Source: Patescibacteria group bacterium (GTDB lineage Bacteria; Patescibacteriota; WWE3; JAUXAW01; JAYEID01). From it: DNA of 64,000 bases. Both the position numbers and the translations under genes were made by a program. Under the pieces are notes generated by a model. That model worked only from the letters and a program-made list of their open reading frames with translations, ran no database searches and was not told the DNA's origin. Shown here one piece after another: positions 9,475-17,631 of the stretch; positions within the stretch are counted from its first letter, which is position 1; every line of letters begins with the position of its first letter. The stretch covers positions 10,627 through 74,626 of the forward strand of contig JAYEID010000013.1 in assembly GCA_034659915.1 (NCBI GenBank), in the 5' to 3' direction.

Positions 9475-10572
9475 ATGTCCAAAGATAATAAAGATTTACA
9501 CCAGGAAATTCTTTTTCCCGAAATAGAGGAGCTGGCACATTTGGTAGAGGAAACTACACTCCCTCCTAAATTAGAGGATAAGTTGCAACGGATGGTGGAA
9601 AGTTTGCGGCGAATGGCAAGGTTTAGAACTTATACCTCGGAGTATGAATCTATATCTCGGTACATTGAGCTGGCTACAAAAATACCATGGGATGTTCGTA
9701 CTGAAGATAATTTAGATATAAAGAGAGCAAGAAAAATTTTAAATGCAAACCATTATGGTATGGAGAAAGTAAAAGAAAGAGTTTTGGAATACATAGCAGT
9801 TTTAAATTTGACTCAGGAGAAGAGAGGTCGAAAAATGGAACGAGCTACTGGTCCCTTAGCTTCTACCAAAGCATCTGTGTTGTGTTTCGTTGGCCTTCCT
9901 GGAATTGGTAAAACGTCAGTTGCTTATTCTATTGCAGAAGCTTTGGATCGGAAATTTGTCCGGGTTGCTATGGGTGGTGTGGCAAGTTCGGTGCATCTTA
10001 GAGGACGCTCCCGTGCCTACCCACAGTCAGAGGCTGGGCAGGTTGTAAAGGGACTAGTTCGTTGTGGGAGCAAAAATCCAGTTATACTTATGGATGAGAT
10101 AGATCGTATTTCGGAAGAAGCGCGGACAGAAGTAATGGGTGTCCTTTTAGAACTCTTGGATCCAGAGCAAAATGCGGCGTTTCAAGACCATTACTTGGAT
10201 TATCCCTTGGACTTATCTGAGGTTCTCTTTATTTGTACTGCAAACCACAAGAGAGGTATTGCTAATGCGGTATTGGACCGGTTAGAGGTTATTGAAATGC
10301 CTGCTTATACTGATGAAGAGAAGAAGGTTATTGGTCGCGATTACCTTTTACCTCGGGTTCTTGATGAGTGTGGTTTAGATTCAAGTCAAGTTGAAATTGA
10401 GGAAGAGCTTTGGTCAAGTATAATTCGCCCGCTTGGCTATGACGCTGGGATTAGGACCTTGGAGAGAACTATTCAGGGTATTTGTCGCAAAGCTGCTAAA
10501 GAGATTGTGGAAGAAGGTGTAAGTAAGGTAAAGATAACTGAGGATAATATTGATCAGTATTTACCTAAGTGA
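9475..10572 (+). CDS. Lon-type AAA+ ATPase lacking the protease domain
   Basis: HYGMEKVKERVLE, Walker A GLPGIGKT, Walker B ILMDEID, LLELLDPEQN; ends before the Ser-Lys protease domain. Confidence 0.85.
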   Translation: MSKDNKDLHQEILFPEIEELAHLVEETTLPPKLEDKLQRMVESLRRMARFRTYTSEYESISRYIELATKIPWDVRTEDNLDIKRARKILNANHYGMEKVKERVLEYIAVLNLTQEKRGRKMERATGPLASTKASVLCFVGLPGIGKTSVAYSIAEALDRKFVRVAMGGVASSVHLRGRSRAYPQSEAGQVVKGLVRCGSKNPVILMDEIDRISEEARTEVMGVLLELLDPEQNAAFQDHYLDYPLDLSEVLFICTANHKRGIANAVLDRLEVIEMPAYTDEEKKVIGRDYLLPRVLDECGLDSSQVEIEEELWSSIIRPLGYDAGIRTLERTIQGICRKAAKEIVEEGVSKVKITEDNIDQYLPK

Positions 10573-10593
10573 TAAAAATCTTGTGTTTTTCAT

Positions 10594-11196
10594 ATGTCTA
10601 GAATTTTGAGACAAGTTAGAAAACAAATACAAAGATGTGACAAGTGTCGTTTGGCTCGGACAAGAACTAATACCGTTCCTGGAGAAGGGCCCAAGGATGC
10701 AGAAGTAGCCTTTGTTGGGGAGGCTCCAGGTTATAATGAGGATAGGGAGGGACGACCATTTGTAGGAAAGGCAGGGAAGCTTTTGGATAAGTTGCTGCGT
10801 TCTGTTCAAATTAGTCGGAAGGATGTTTGGATTGGTAATGTGATTAAATGCCGACCACCAAATAATCGTAGTCCTCACGTTGATGAGTTGCGGGCTTGCG
10901 AGCCTTATCTTGACTTGCAGTTAAGGGAGATTAGTCCCAAAGTTGTCTGTACCTTAGGAAGGTATGCAACAGAGCATTTCCTGGGAGATATAAAAATTTC
11001 TGAGGTACATGGTACTCCTTTCAATGCAGGGAGATTTGTAGTCTTTCCCCTTTTTCACCCGGCAGCAGCTTTGCGGAGTAAAAATGTTAAACGTGAGCTC
11101 CAGGAGGATTTTCGCAAAATAACTGATTTATTGAATGGAGATTTGAAAGCAGAAGAAGTGAAGAACCAGGATGAAAACCAGATAAGTCTGTTTTGA
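10594..11196 (+). CDS. Uracil-DNA glycosylase family 4
   Basis: CxxC, GEAPG, KCRPP, HPAA motifs. Confidence 0.93.
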   Translation: MSRILRQVRKQIQRCDKCRLARTRTNTVPGEGPKDAEVAFVGEAPGYNEDREGRPFVGKAGKLLDKLLRSVQISRKDVWIGNVIKCRPPNNRSPHVDELRACEPYLDLQLREISPKVVCTLGRYATEHFLGDIKISEVHGTPFNAGRFVVFPLFHPAAALRSKNVKRELQEDFRKITDLLNGDLKAEEVKNQDENQISLF

Positions 11197-11291
11197 ATAT
11201 TTATTTGAGTATTTTAACTTAGAAACACTTGAGCACCAATTTACTATATGTTTGTATGCTTTAGTGTTTTATGTTTTGATGACCTTTATTT

Positions 11292-13007
11292 ATGCCAAAG
11301 TTTAAGAAAATTGACAAAAAAACATTACGTTTTATACCTTTGGGGGGCTCTGGGCAGGTAACTCGAAATATGTTTGCTTATGAGTGTGGCAGGGATATTG
11401 TTATTTTGGATTGCGGTGTGGGTTTTCCTGATTTTGAAACACCGGGGGTTGATGCAGCTATTCCTGATATTTCTTATTTGGAGGAAGAGGGAAAGCTTTC
11501 TAATATTCGAGGTATTATTATTACCCACGCTCATTATGATCACTTTGGAGCTCTTCCCCATCTATTACCCAAATTAGATGCTCCTGTTTATGCATCAAAG
11601 CTAGCTTTGGAATTTGCTCGTGCTACTTTGGACGAGGCTGGAATAAAGAGTGATAAAAAACTTTTTGAGATTGATCCGGATAATGGCGCTTTTGACCTAG
11701 GTTGTTTTCATATTGAACCTTTCCGGGTATGCCACTCAGTACCCGACTCTTTGGGTTTTCTACTTTCTACTCCAATTGGGAATATTTTTCATGTTTCTGA
11801 TTACAAATTTGATTGGACTCCGGTCGATGGGCGCCTTTTTGACGTGCGCAAATTAAGCAAGCTTGCAGGGCAAGAAAAACCGATGCTATTAGCTTCAGAT
11901 TGCTTAGGAGCTAATACCGAAGGCTATACCCAATCCGAGAAAGTATTAACAGATTCAATAGAAAAGCTTATTAGCGAGGCAGAGCACCAAATTTTCTTTA
12001 CTACTGTTTCTTCTAACATTTCTAGAATTCAACAAGCTGTTTGGGCAGCAGTGCGACACGGCCGTAAGGTCTGCTTTCTTGGTCGGTCCATGGAACAAAG
12101 CGCTTTGGTTGCCCGAAAACTTGGCTATCTGGAAGTTGAGAAAAAGAATTTGGTTCACCCTAAGCAGGCTCGCCGGTTTGATCAGTCAAAGTTGGCTTAT
12201 GTTGTAGCCGGGTGTTATGGTCAGGTAGGTTCTAGTTTGGAACGCCTTGCGCGCGGTGAGCACAGTTTGGTAGAGCTTGAGGGGAAGGTAGCAGTTATTT
12301 TTTCCGGTGACCCAGAGCCTCCTGGATCCAAGGAAGCAGTGGATAAAGTGGTGGACCAGCTTATTATGAGGGGGGCGGAAGTTTCCTATTATAAAATTCA
12401 GGATAATATGCATGTTTCGGGGCACGGTTCTGCATTAGATATTCAAATGCTTATGGGGTTGGTGCAATCAAAGTATTTTGTTCCCATTGGAGGTATGCCG
12501 CGTCATATGCAGGCATATTCAAAATTAGCTCAGGAAATGGGGGTTCCCCGGGAAAATGTTTTTGAATTGCAGGCAGGCGAGTATTTAGAATTTTCTGAAA
12601 ATTGGAAGAAAGGGAAGGGAGGAAAGCCACCGGAGAAGGGGGAATTCCCCTTCCGGGATATTTTAGTAGATGGTACCAGAATTGGAGATGTAGGTGATGT
12701 TGTCTTGCGGGACCGACAGCTGTTAGCTGATGATGGTATTGTTGTTCTAATTGTTCCTATTGATCCTAAGACAGGTAATATTTCAGGTTCTGTTGAAATT
12801 GCTACTCGCGGGTTTGTTTATGTACGCAAATCTCGGCAAATAATTTCTGATCTGGTGGGCATTGTGAAAAGTACAGCAGGATCCGAACCTTCAAAGAAAG
12901 AGGATTGGGGGGAACTGAAAAAGCAGCTTAGTACTAATGTCTTAAATTATATCCAGCAAAAAACAGGTCGTACACCTCTTATTCTTCCTGTAATAGTGGA
13001 AGTGTAG
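11292..13007 (+). CDS. rnj: Ribonuclease J
   Basis: THAHYDH, DYKFD, HVSGH, LRDRQLLADDG. Confidence 0.93.
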   Translation: MPKFKKIDKKTLRFIPLGGSGQVTRNMFAYECGRDIVILDCGVGFPDFETPGVDAAIPDISYLEEEGKLSNIRGIIITHAHYDHFGALPHLLPKLDAPVYASKLALEFARATLDEAGIKSDKKLFEIDPDNGAFDLGCFHIEPFRVCHSVPDSLGFLLSTPIGNIFHVSDYKFDWTPVDGRLFDVRKLSKLAGQEKPMLLASDCLGANTEGYTQSEKVLTDSIEKLISEAEHQIFFTTVSSNISRIQQAVWAAVRHGRKVCFLGRSMEQSALVARKLGYLEVEKKNLVHPKQARRFDQSKLAYVVAGCYGQVGSSLERLARGEHSLVELEGKVAVIFSGDPEPPGSKEAVDKVVDQLIMRGAEVSYYKIQDNMHVSGHGSALDIQMLMGLVQSKYFVPIGGMPRHMQAYSKLAQEMGVPRENVFELQAGEYLEFSENWKKGKGGKPPEKGEFPFRDILVDGTRIGDVGDVVLRDRQLLADDGIVVLIVPIDPKTGNISGSVEIATRGFVYVRKSRQIISDLVGIVKSTAGSEPSKKEDWGELKKQLSTNVLNYIQQKTGRTPLILPVIVEV

Positions 13008-13038
13008 ATTAGTAGATTAGTAGACAGTAGTAAGTAGA

Positions 13039-13058
13039 CCTGCCTGCCGGCAGGCAGG
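13039..13058. repeat. Perfect 20-bp palindrome cctgcctgccggcaggcagg
   Basis: Self-complementary; near-identical hairpin is the first module of the alaS and mpg coding inserts. Confidence 0.9.
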
Positions 13059-13322
13059 AGCTGGTAACACGTAAATCGTAATTAGATATCCGTTTTTAGC
13101 TTTTAGCAATTAACAATAAACAATTATTTTCTACCAAGACCTTGAGGGATTACGTACGCAAAACCTTACGGACTTTCAGGTTCAAGCCCTTGCCCGGTAT
13201 TCCTTGTCTCCAGTTACGAGGTTCCTGTTTCCAGCCTCTCTCATGCGCTTATGTTTTAACGGTGCTATTATTCTTCTACTAGATTGCACCCCACACCCTT
13301 TTTATGGTTAAATTAATACACG

Positions 13323-15605
13323 ATGGGAAAGAGAGGACGTCCCCGAAAAGTTAAATTTGAGTTAGAGAGAGATGCTGCACATTCTATTGCAGCAGTAGCA
13401 ATTTTGGCTTTATCTATTCTTACTCTTCTCTCCTTTTTTGGTCAGGCTGCAGGTTTTGGTTCTATGCTACAGAAGCTATTGAATCGTGTTTTTGGGTGGG
13501 GTGCTTTTTTAGTTCCTTTTATTCTTGCCCTTTCTAGCCTTATTCTTTTTCGCAAATTGAAATGGAAGATTATTCAGCCTCGGATACTTACGGGTTTGGT
13601 TCTTTTTTTGCTATCTTTTGATGGTACTGTTCATTTTTTCTTTTCTCCAGCTGTTGCTAAAGAGGAAGCTCTTATGGGCCAAGGAGGTGGAATGTTGGGG
13701 TATATTATTCAGAAATATCTTCGCACTTTTTTAGGTCCCTTTGGTGCTATTTTAATTTTGGCCTCATTTCTTTTAGTTTCTGTTTTGGTTATCTTTAATG
13801 CATCATTGGATGAAACCTTAGTATTTTTGGGTAATGTTTTAAGCGGGATAGGGAGATTTTTTGAAAACTTTGTTTTTAGAGGCACTTTGAAAGTTGTTCG
13901 GAAGCTTATTGGTCGGGAAGATGATTTGGAGGCTGAGGTTGTGGAAGGTAAAGAAGGTAGTTCTGAGTTGTCCTATGTGGGTGACGATGATGAGGAATCT
14001 GAAGGCGAGGTGGAGGAAGAGAAACAAGTTGAGAAAGTGCGGAGAGATGATTTGGTTGTTGTACAAGCTACTTATACTCCGCTTGGTGTAGAAGAGGATT
14101 CTGAGGATGTTGGGGAAGATGTAGAAAAAGCTCCATTGCGGCACGAAACTGTAGCAAATCTTCCGGAGAGTAAGAAAGAATGGGAGTATCCCCCACTAAG
14201 TATATTGGAAGATATACCTCCTTATAAGAAGGATCAGGAGGAGATGAAAGATGAGGCGCAGAAGATTGAAGATACTTTGGAGTCTTTTGGAATTAAAGCA
14301 AATGTTGCAGATGTAAAAATAGGACCTACTGTTACTCAATATGCTTTGGAAGCTGCTTCTGGTACAAAGCTTACAAAAATAACTACGCTCCATAAAGATC
14401 TTGCTATGGCTTTAGCCTCCTCTACTGGATCTGTGCGAATAGAGGCACCTATTCCAGGGAAGTCGTTAGTAGGTATTGAGGTACCCAATAAAAAGCCGGC
14501 AACGGTAGGGTTGAAGAGTGTGTTAACTTCCGAAGCAATGAAAAAATCTTCTTCTGTTTTGAGTGTGGCGCTTGGGAAGAATGTTTCCGGGCGGCCCCAA
14601 GTGGCTGATTTGGCTAGGATGCCTCACGTGTTAATTGCTGGTGCTACGGGGAGTGGTAAGTCAGTTCTTATTCACTCCTTCATCTGTTCATTGCTTTTTC
14701 GAACTACTCCAGAGGAGGTTCGACTGATTTTGGCAGACCCTAAGAGGGTTGAACTTTCAATTTATAGAGAAATTCCCCACCTTTTGACTCCTGTTATTTT
14801 GGATTCGGATAAGATGCTCCCTACTTTAGATTGGGCTGTGGAAGAGATGGAACGAAGATATAAACTCTTTCAAGATGCTGGGGCTAAAGATATTGATTCT
14901 TATAATGAAATTTCTGGTTTTCAGGCACTCCCTAAGATTGTTTTGGTTGTGGATGAATTAGCGGACTTGATGGCAGCAGCAGCGAACGAAGTTGAGAAAG
15001 CGGTTGTCCGGTTGGCCCAGATGTCAAGGGCTACCGGTGTTCACTTGGTTCTTTCCACACAGCGGCCTTCTACTGATGTTTTGACTGGGTTGATCAAGGC
15101 AAATATTCCTTGTCGGATAGCGCTGAATACAACCTCGGGAGTAGATTCACGGGTAATTATTGATCAGCCTGGGGCAGATAAGCTCTTGGGGCGCGGAGAT
15201 ATGCTGTACTTACCTCCTGAAGCGTCTACGCCCAAGCGAATTCAAGCTCCCTTTATTTCACTTATTGAAATTAAAGCCCTTGTTGATTTCCTACGAGAAG
15301 AGATGGAGGAAGAACCGGAGTTTGAGGAAAGTCTTCAGGAGGCTCAAGAGAAAATTAGCCAAAGGAACAAGTTGGCTGAGGAGGAGAATTTGGAAGGGCT
15401 TAGTGATGAGCTGTTCCCAGATGCTGTGGAGGTTGTTTGTCGTCATGATCGTGGTTCCGCTTCTCTTCTTCAGCGAAAGCTTTCTATTGGTTATGCGAGG
15501 GCTGCAAGGCTTTTGGATGCTCTAGAGGCTAAGGGCGTGGTTGGTCCTAAGGATGGTTCCAAACCCCGCGAACTTTTGGTTTCCGATCCCAGCGAAGTGC
15601 TGTAG
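13323..15605 (+). CDS. ftsK: DNA translocase FtsK/SpoIIIE
   Basis: 4-TM N-terminus, GATGSGKS, VDELADLM, gamma domain SLLQRKLSIGYARAARL. Confidence 0.97.
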   Translation: MGKRGRPRKVKFELERDAAHSIAAVAILALSILTLLSFFGQAAGFGSMLQKLLNRVFGWGAFLVPFILALSSLILFRKLKWKIIQPRILTGLVLFLLSFDGTVHFFFSPAVAKEEALMGQGGGMLGYIIQKYLRTFLGPFGAILILASFLLVSVLVIFNASLDETLVFLGNVLSGIGRFFENFVFRGTLKVVRKLIGREDDLEAEVVEGKEGSSELSYVGDDDEESEGEVEEEKQVEKVRRDDLVVVQATYTPLGVEEDSEDVGEDVEKAPLRHETVANLPESKKEWEYPPLSILEDIPPYKKDQEEMKDEAQKIEDTLESFGIKANVADVKIGPTVTQYALEAASGTKLTKITTLHKDLAMALASSTGSVRIEAPIPGKSLVGIEVPNKKPATVGLKSVLTSEAMKKSSSVLSVALGKNVSGRPQVADLARMPHVLIAGATGSGKSVLIHSFICSLLFRTTPEEVRLILADPKRVELSIYREIPHLLTPVILDSDKMLPTLDWAVEEMERRYKLFQDAGAKDIDSYNEISGFQALPKIVLVVDELADLMAAAANEVEKAVVRLAQMSRATGVHLVLSTQRPSTDVLTGLIKANIPCRIALNTTSGVDSRVIIDQPGADKLLGRGDMLYLPPEASTPKRIQAPFISLIEIKALVDFLREEMEEEPEFEESLQEAQEKISQRNKLAEEENLEGLSDELFPDAVEVVCRHDRGSASLLQRKLSIGYARAARLLDALEAKGVVGPKDGSKPRELLVSDPSEVL

Positions 15606-15610
15606 TTTTT

Positions 15611-15759
15611 GCGCCGGGGGTACGCGTTTTCAAGAACCGCGCGCCCGACTAGTGACTTTGGTGACTGCGCGCTTAGAGAAAAATTTGCTTTGGTCCGGGG
15701 TTAGTAGATAACTAATTGTAAGCAAATTTTTCTATGCTCTTGAAAACGGCACCCCCGCC
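15611..15759. repeat. Palindromic spacer element, family A (divergent copy)
   Basis: Outer stem cgttttcaaga...tcttgaaaacg; inner gcttagagaaaaatttgct...gcaaatttttctatgctcttg shared with 39973 and 50854. Confidence 0.85.
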
Positions 15760-15863
15760 ATGCTTACAGCGTGAAAGTATCTGTTCTTAATCTGATTAGC
15801 GTATTTTGATTTCCAATCCCAGCGAAGTGACGTAAATTTCGGGGGTCCGCCGGATTCGCGCGA

Positions 15864-15978
15864 GACTTTGACAGGCACCCCCCTTTCAGGGCCGCTCGCA
15901 CCGTTCAGCGTTGGAGAGTAGGAAAGAGAACCGCTCGCTTTGTGATCAAAACCCTTCATGGCGGGAGCCTGCCAAGTC
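15864..15978. repeat. Palindromic spacer element, family B
   Basis: gactttgacaggcaccc...tcagggccgctcgc...gctttgtgatcaaaacccttca.ggcgggagcc.gccaa; homolog at 53600-53760. Confidence 0.85.
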
Positions 15979-16030
15979 CCTTTCCTTTTATCCGCGTAAA
16001 TCCGTATTAAATCTGCGAGAATCCTATTCT

Positions 16031-16768
16031 ATGAAATCTGTTGGCGAAATTCTAAAGAAAACACGTAAAAAACAAGGTTATTCTCTTTTAGAAGTTTCAG
16101 AAGAATTAAAAATCCACCCCCGGTTCCTAAAGGCGTTGGAAAGCGGGGATTATAATGTTTTTGCACACACTTTGCATGCAAAGGGTTTTTTGAAAAACTA
16201 TGCCGATTTTTTGGGATTAAATGTTTCTGAGGTTTTAGCTTTTTGGCGGCGTGAATATAAAGATTTTTCTGAGGAACCTGAAATTTGTGATGTTACTAAG
16301 CCTTTGGATCAACCTAGGGTTGTAATAACTCCAAAGAAACTTATTGCCTTTATATCTGCTTTCTTTGTGTTGGGGTTTTTAGCTTATGTCTTTTGGCAAT
16401 ACCGGTCTATTGCTGGTCCTCCGCGTTTGGAGGTGGTGGTACCCAAGCAAGATATGATAGTTTCGGAACCGCAAATAACTTTAAAGGGAAGTGCGGATCC
16501 AGCAGCCACACTTACTATTAACGGTCAGGAAGTTTTGTTGGGTGATGATGGTAGGTTTGCTTTTGATTATGTTCTTTCTGATGGTCCTAACACTTTGACC
16601 TTTACTGCAGTGAATGAGTTTGGAAAAGAAGCAGAGGTTACCCGTACTCTCATTTATGATCGTCCTAGGGATGTGACTTTGCCGCCTCCCGCATCAACGC
16701 CATCAGCTACTCCATCTGCTGAGCAAGAATCTACACCTTCTGCAATACCGGAGATGGATAGCGAATAG
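16031..16768 (+). CDS. RodZ-like HTH membrane protein with Ig-like C-terminus
   Basis: VGEILKKTR...LKALESG...KGFLKNYADFLGL, one TM helix; follows ftsK. Confidence 0.8.
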   Translation: MKSVGEILKKTRKKQGYSLLEVSEELKIHPRFLKALESGDYNVFAHTLHAKGFLKNYADFLGLNVSEVLAFWRREYKDFSEEPEICDVTKPLDQPRVVITPKKLIAFISAFFVLGFLAYVFWQYRSIAGPPRLEVVVPKQDMIVSEPQITLKGSADPAATLTINGQEVLLGDDGRFAFDYVLSDGPNTLTFTAVNEFGKEAEVTRTLIYDRPRDVTLPPPASTPSATPSAEQESTPSAIPEMDSE

Positions 16769-16888
16769 ATGCGGATAAGAAAGGAGGACTCTATCATTCT
16801 GATAGATTGGGGTTCCGGAGTGACGGTTAATTGGTAATTGTTAACTGTTGATGGTTAGTAGCTGGTGTGTTTTTAAAACAAGAACTCG

Positions 16889-16917
16889 TTGACAGTGAGA
16901 TGAATGTTTTTTAAACT
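16889..16917 (+). promoter_or_regulatory. Sigma70 promoter
   Basis: TTGACA-17 nt-TAAACT, then GGAGGA RBS and ATG 16934. Confidence 0.7.
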
Positions 16918-16933
16918 GGAGGGAGGACTGCCC

Positions 16934-17221
16934 ATGGACACTAACACGCTTCTAATACTCATAATAGGTCTTCTTACCTGCAACCTTCTTTTTGTGGGTG
17001 TTTATATTGTTTTGGTTCTCAAAGAAGTCCGAAAATCAATAAAGCAGCTTAATGTTATTTTGGAGAATGTGGCAGAAGTTTCGGAATCTGTTTCTCGACC
17101 TTTGATTGGGGTTTCCAGTGCAGTTACAGGTATTGTAGAGGGTTTTAATCTTTTTCAGAAACTTAGATCCCTTGGCAGTCGAGATGCTTTGGAGGGAAAG
17201 GAGGTGTCCAATGAGCAATAA
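16934..17221 (+). CDS. Small membrane protein (YoxC/DUF948-like)
   Basis: N-terminal TM + coiled coil; precedes a YtxH-like gene. Confidence 0.6.
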   Translation: MDTNTLLILIIGLLTCNLLFVGVYIVLVLKEVRKSIKQLNVILENVAEVSESVSRPLIGVSSAVTGIVEGFNLFQKLRSLGSRDALEGKEVSNEQ

Positions 17222-17519
17222 CAATTCGGGAGAGAGTTTTGTAAAAGGACTTTTCATTGGTGCCCTTGGTGGTGCTATTTTGGGTGTTCTTTTTGCGCCG
17301 GATGAGGGTAGGGAAACGCGGAGAAAGCTTAAAGAAAAAGGCGAGGAGATCCAGAAAAAGGCAGAGCCATTTGTTGAAGAAGCGCGTGAAAGTGTAAAAA
17401 AAATAGCAGAAGACTTGGAGACTGCGTCAGGTCCGGCGAAAGAAGAAGCAAAAAAGAAATTGAAAGATTTGGAAGGAGAAATAGCTAAAACCAAGAAAAG
17501 ATTTTTTAAAGGTGTGTAG
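17211..17519 (+). CDS. YtxH domain protein
   Basis: GLFIGALGGAILGVLFAPDEGRETR motif; AGGAGG RBS. Confidence 0.88.
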   Translation: MSNNNSGESFVKGLFIGALGGAILGVLFAPDEGRETRRKLKEKGEEIQKKAEPFVEEARESVKKIAEDLETASGPAKEEAKKKLKDLEGEIAKTKKRFFKGV

Positions 17520-17631
17520 AGCTTCCTCTAATTCTGTTTTTTTCTAGGCTCAGATAGAAAGATAGATGTTTGGTTAGTTTTGTCCTCAAAGCTTGCAACC
17601 ACCGCTTTTTTCCGTTATTCTTAAGAACACA

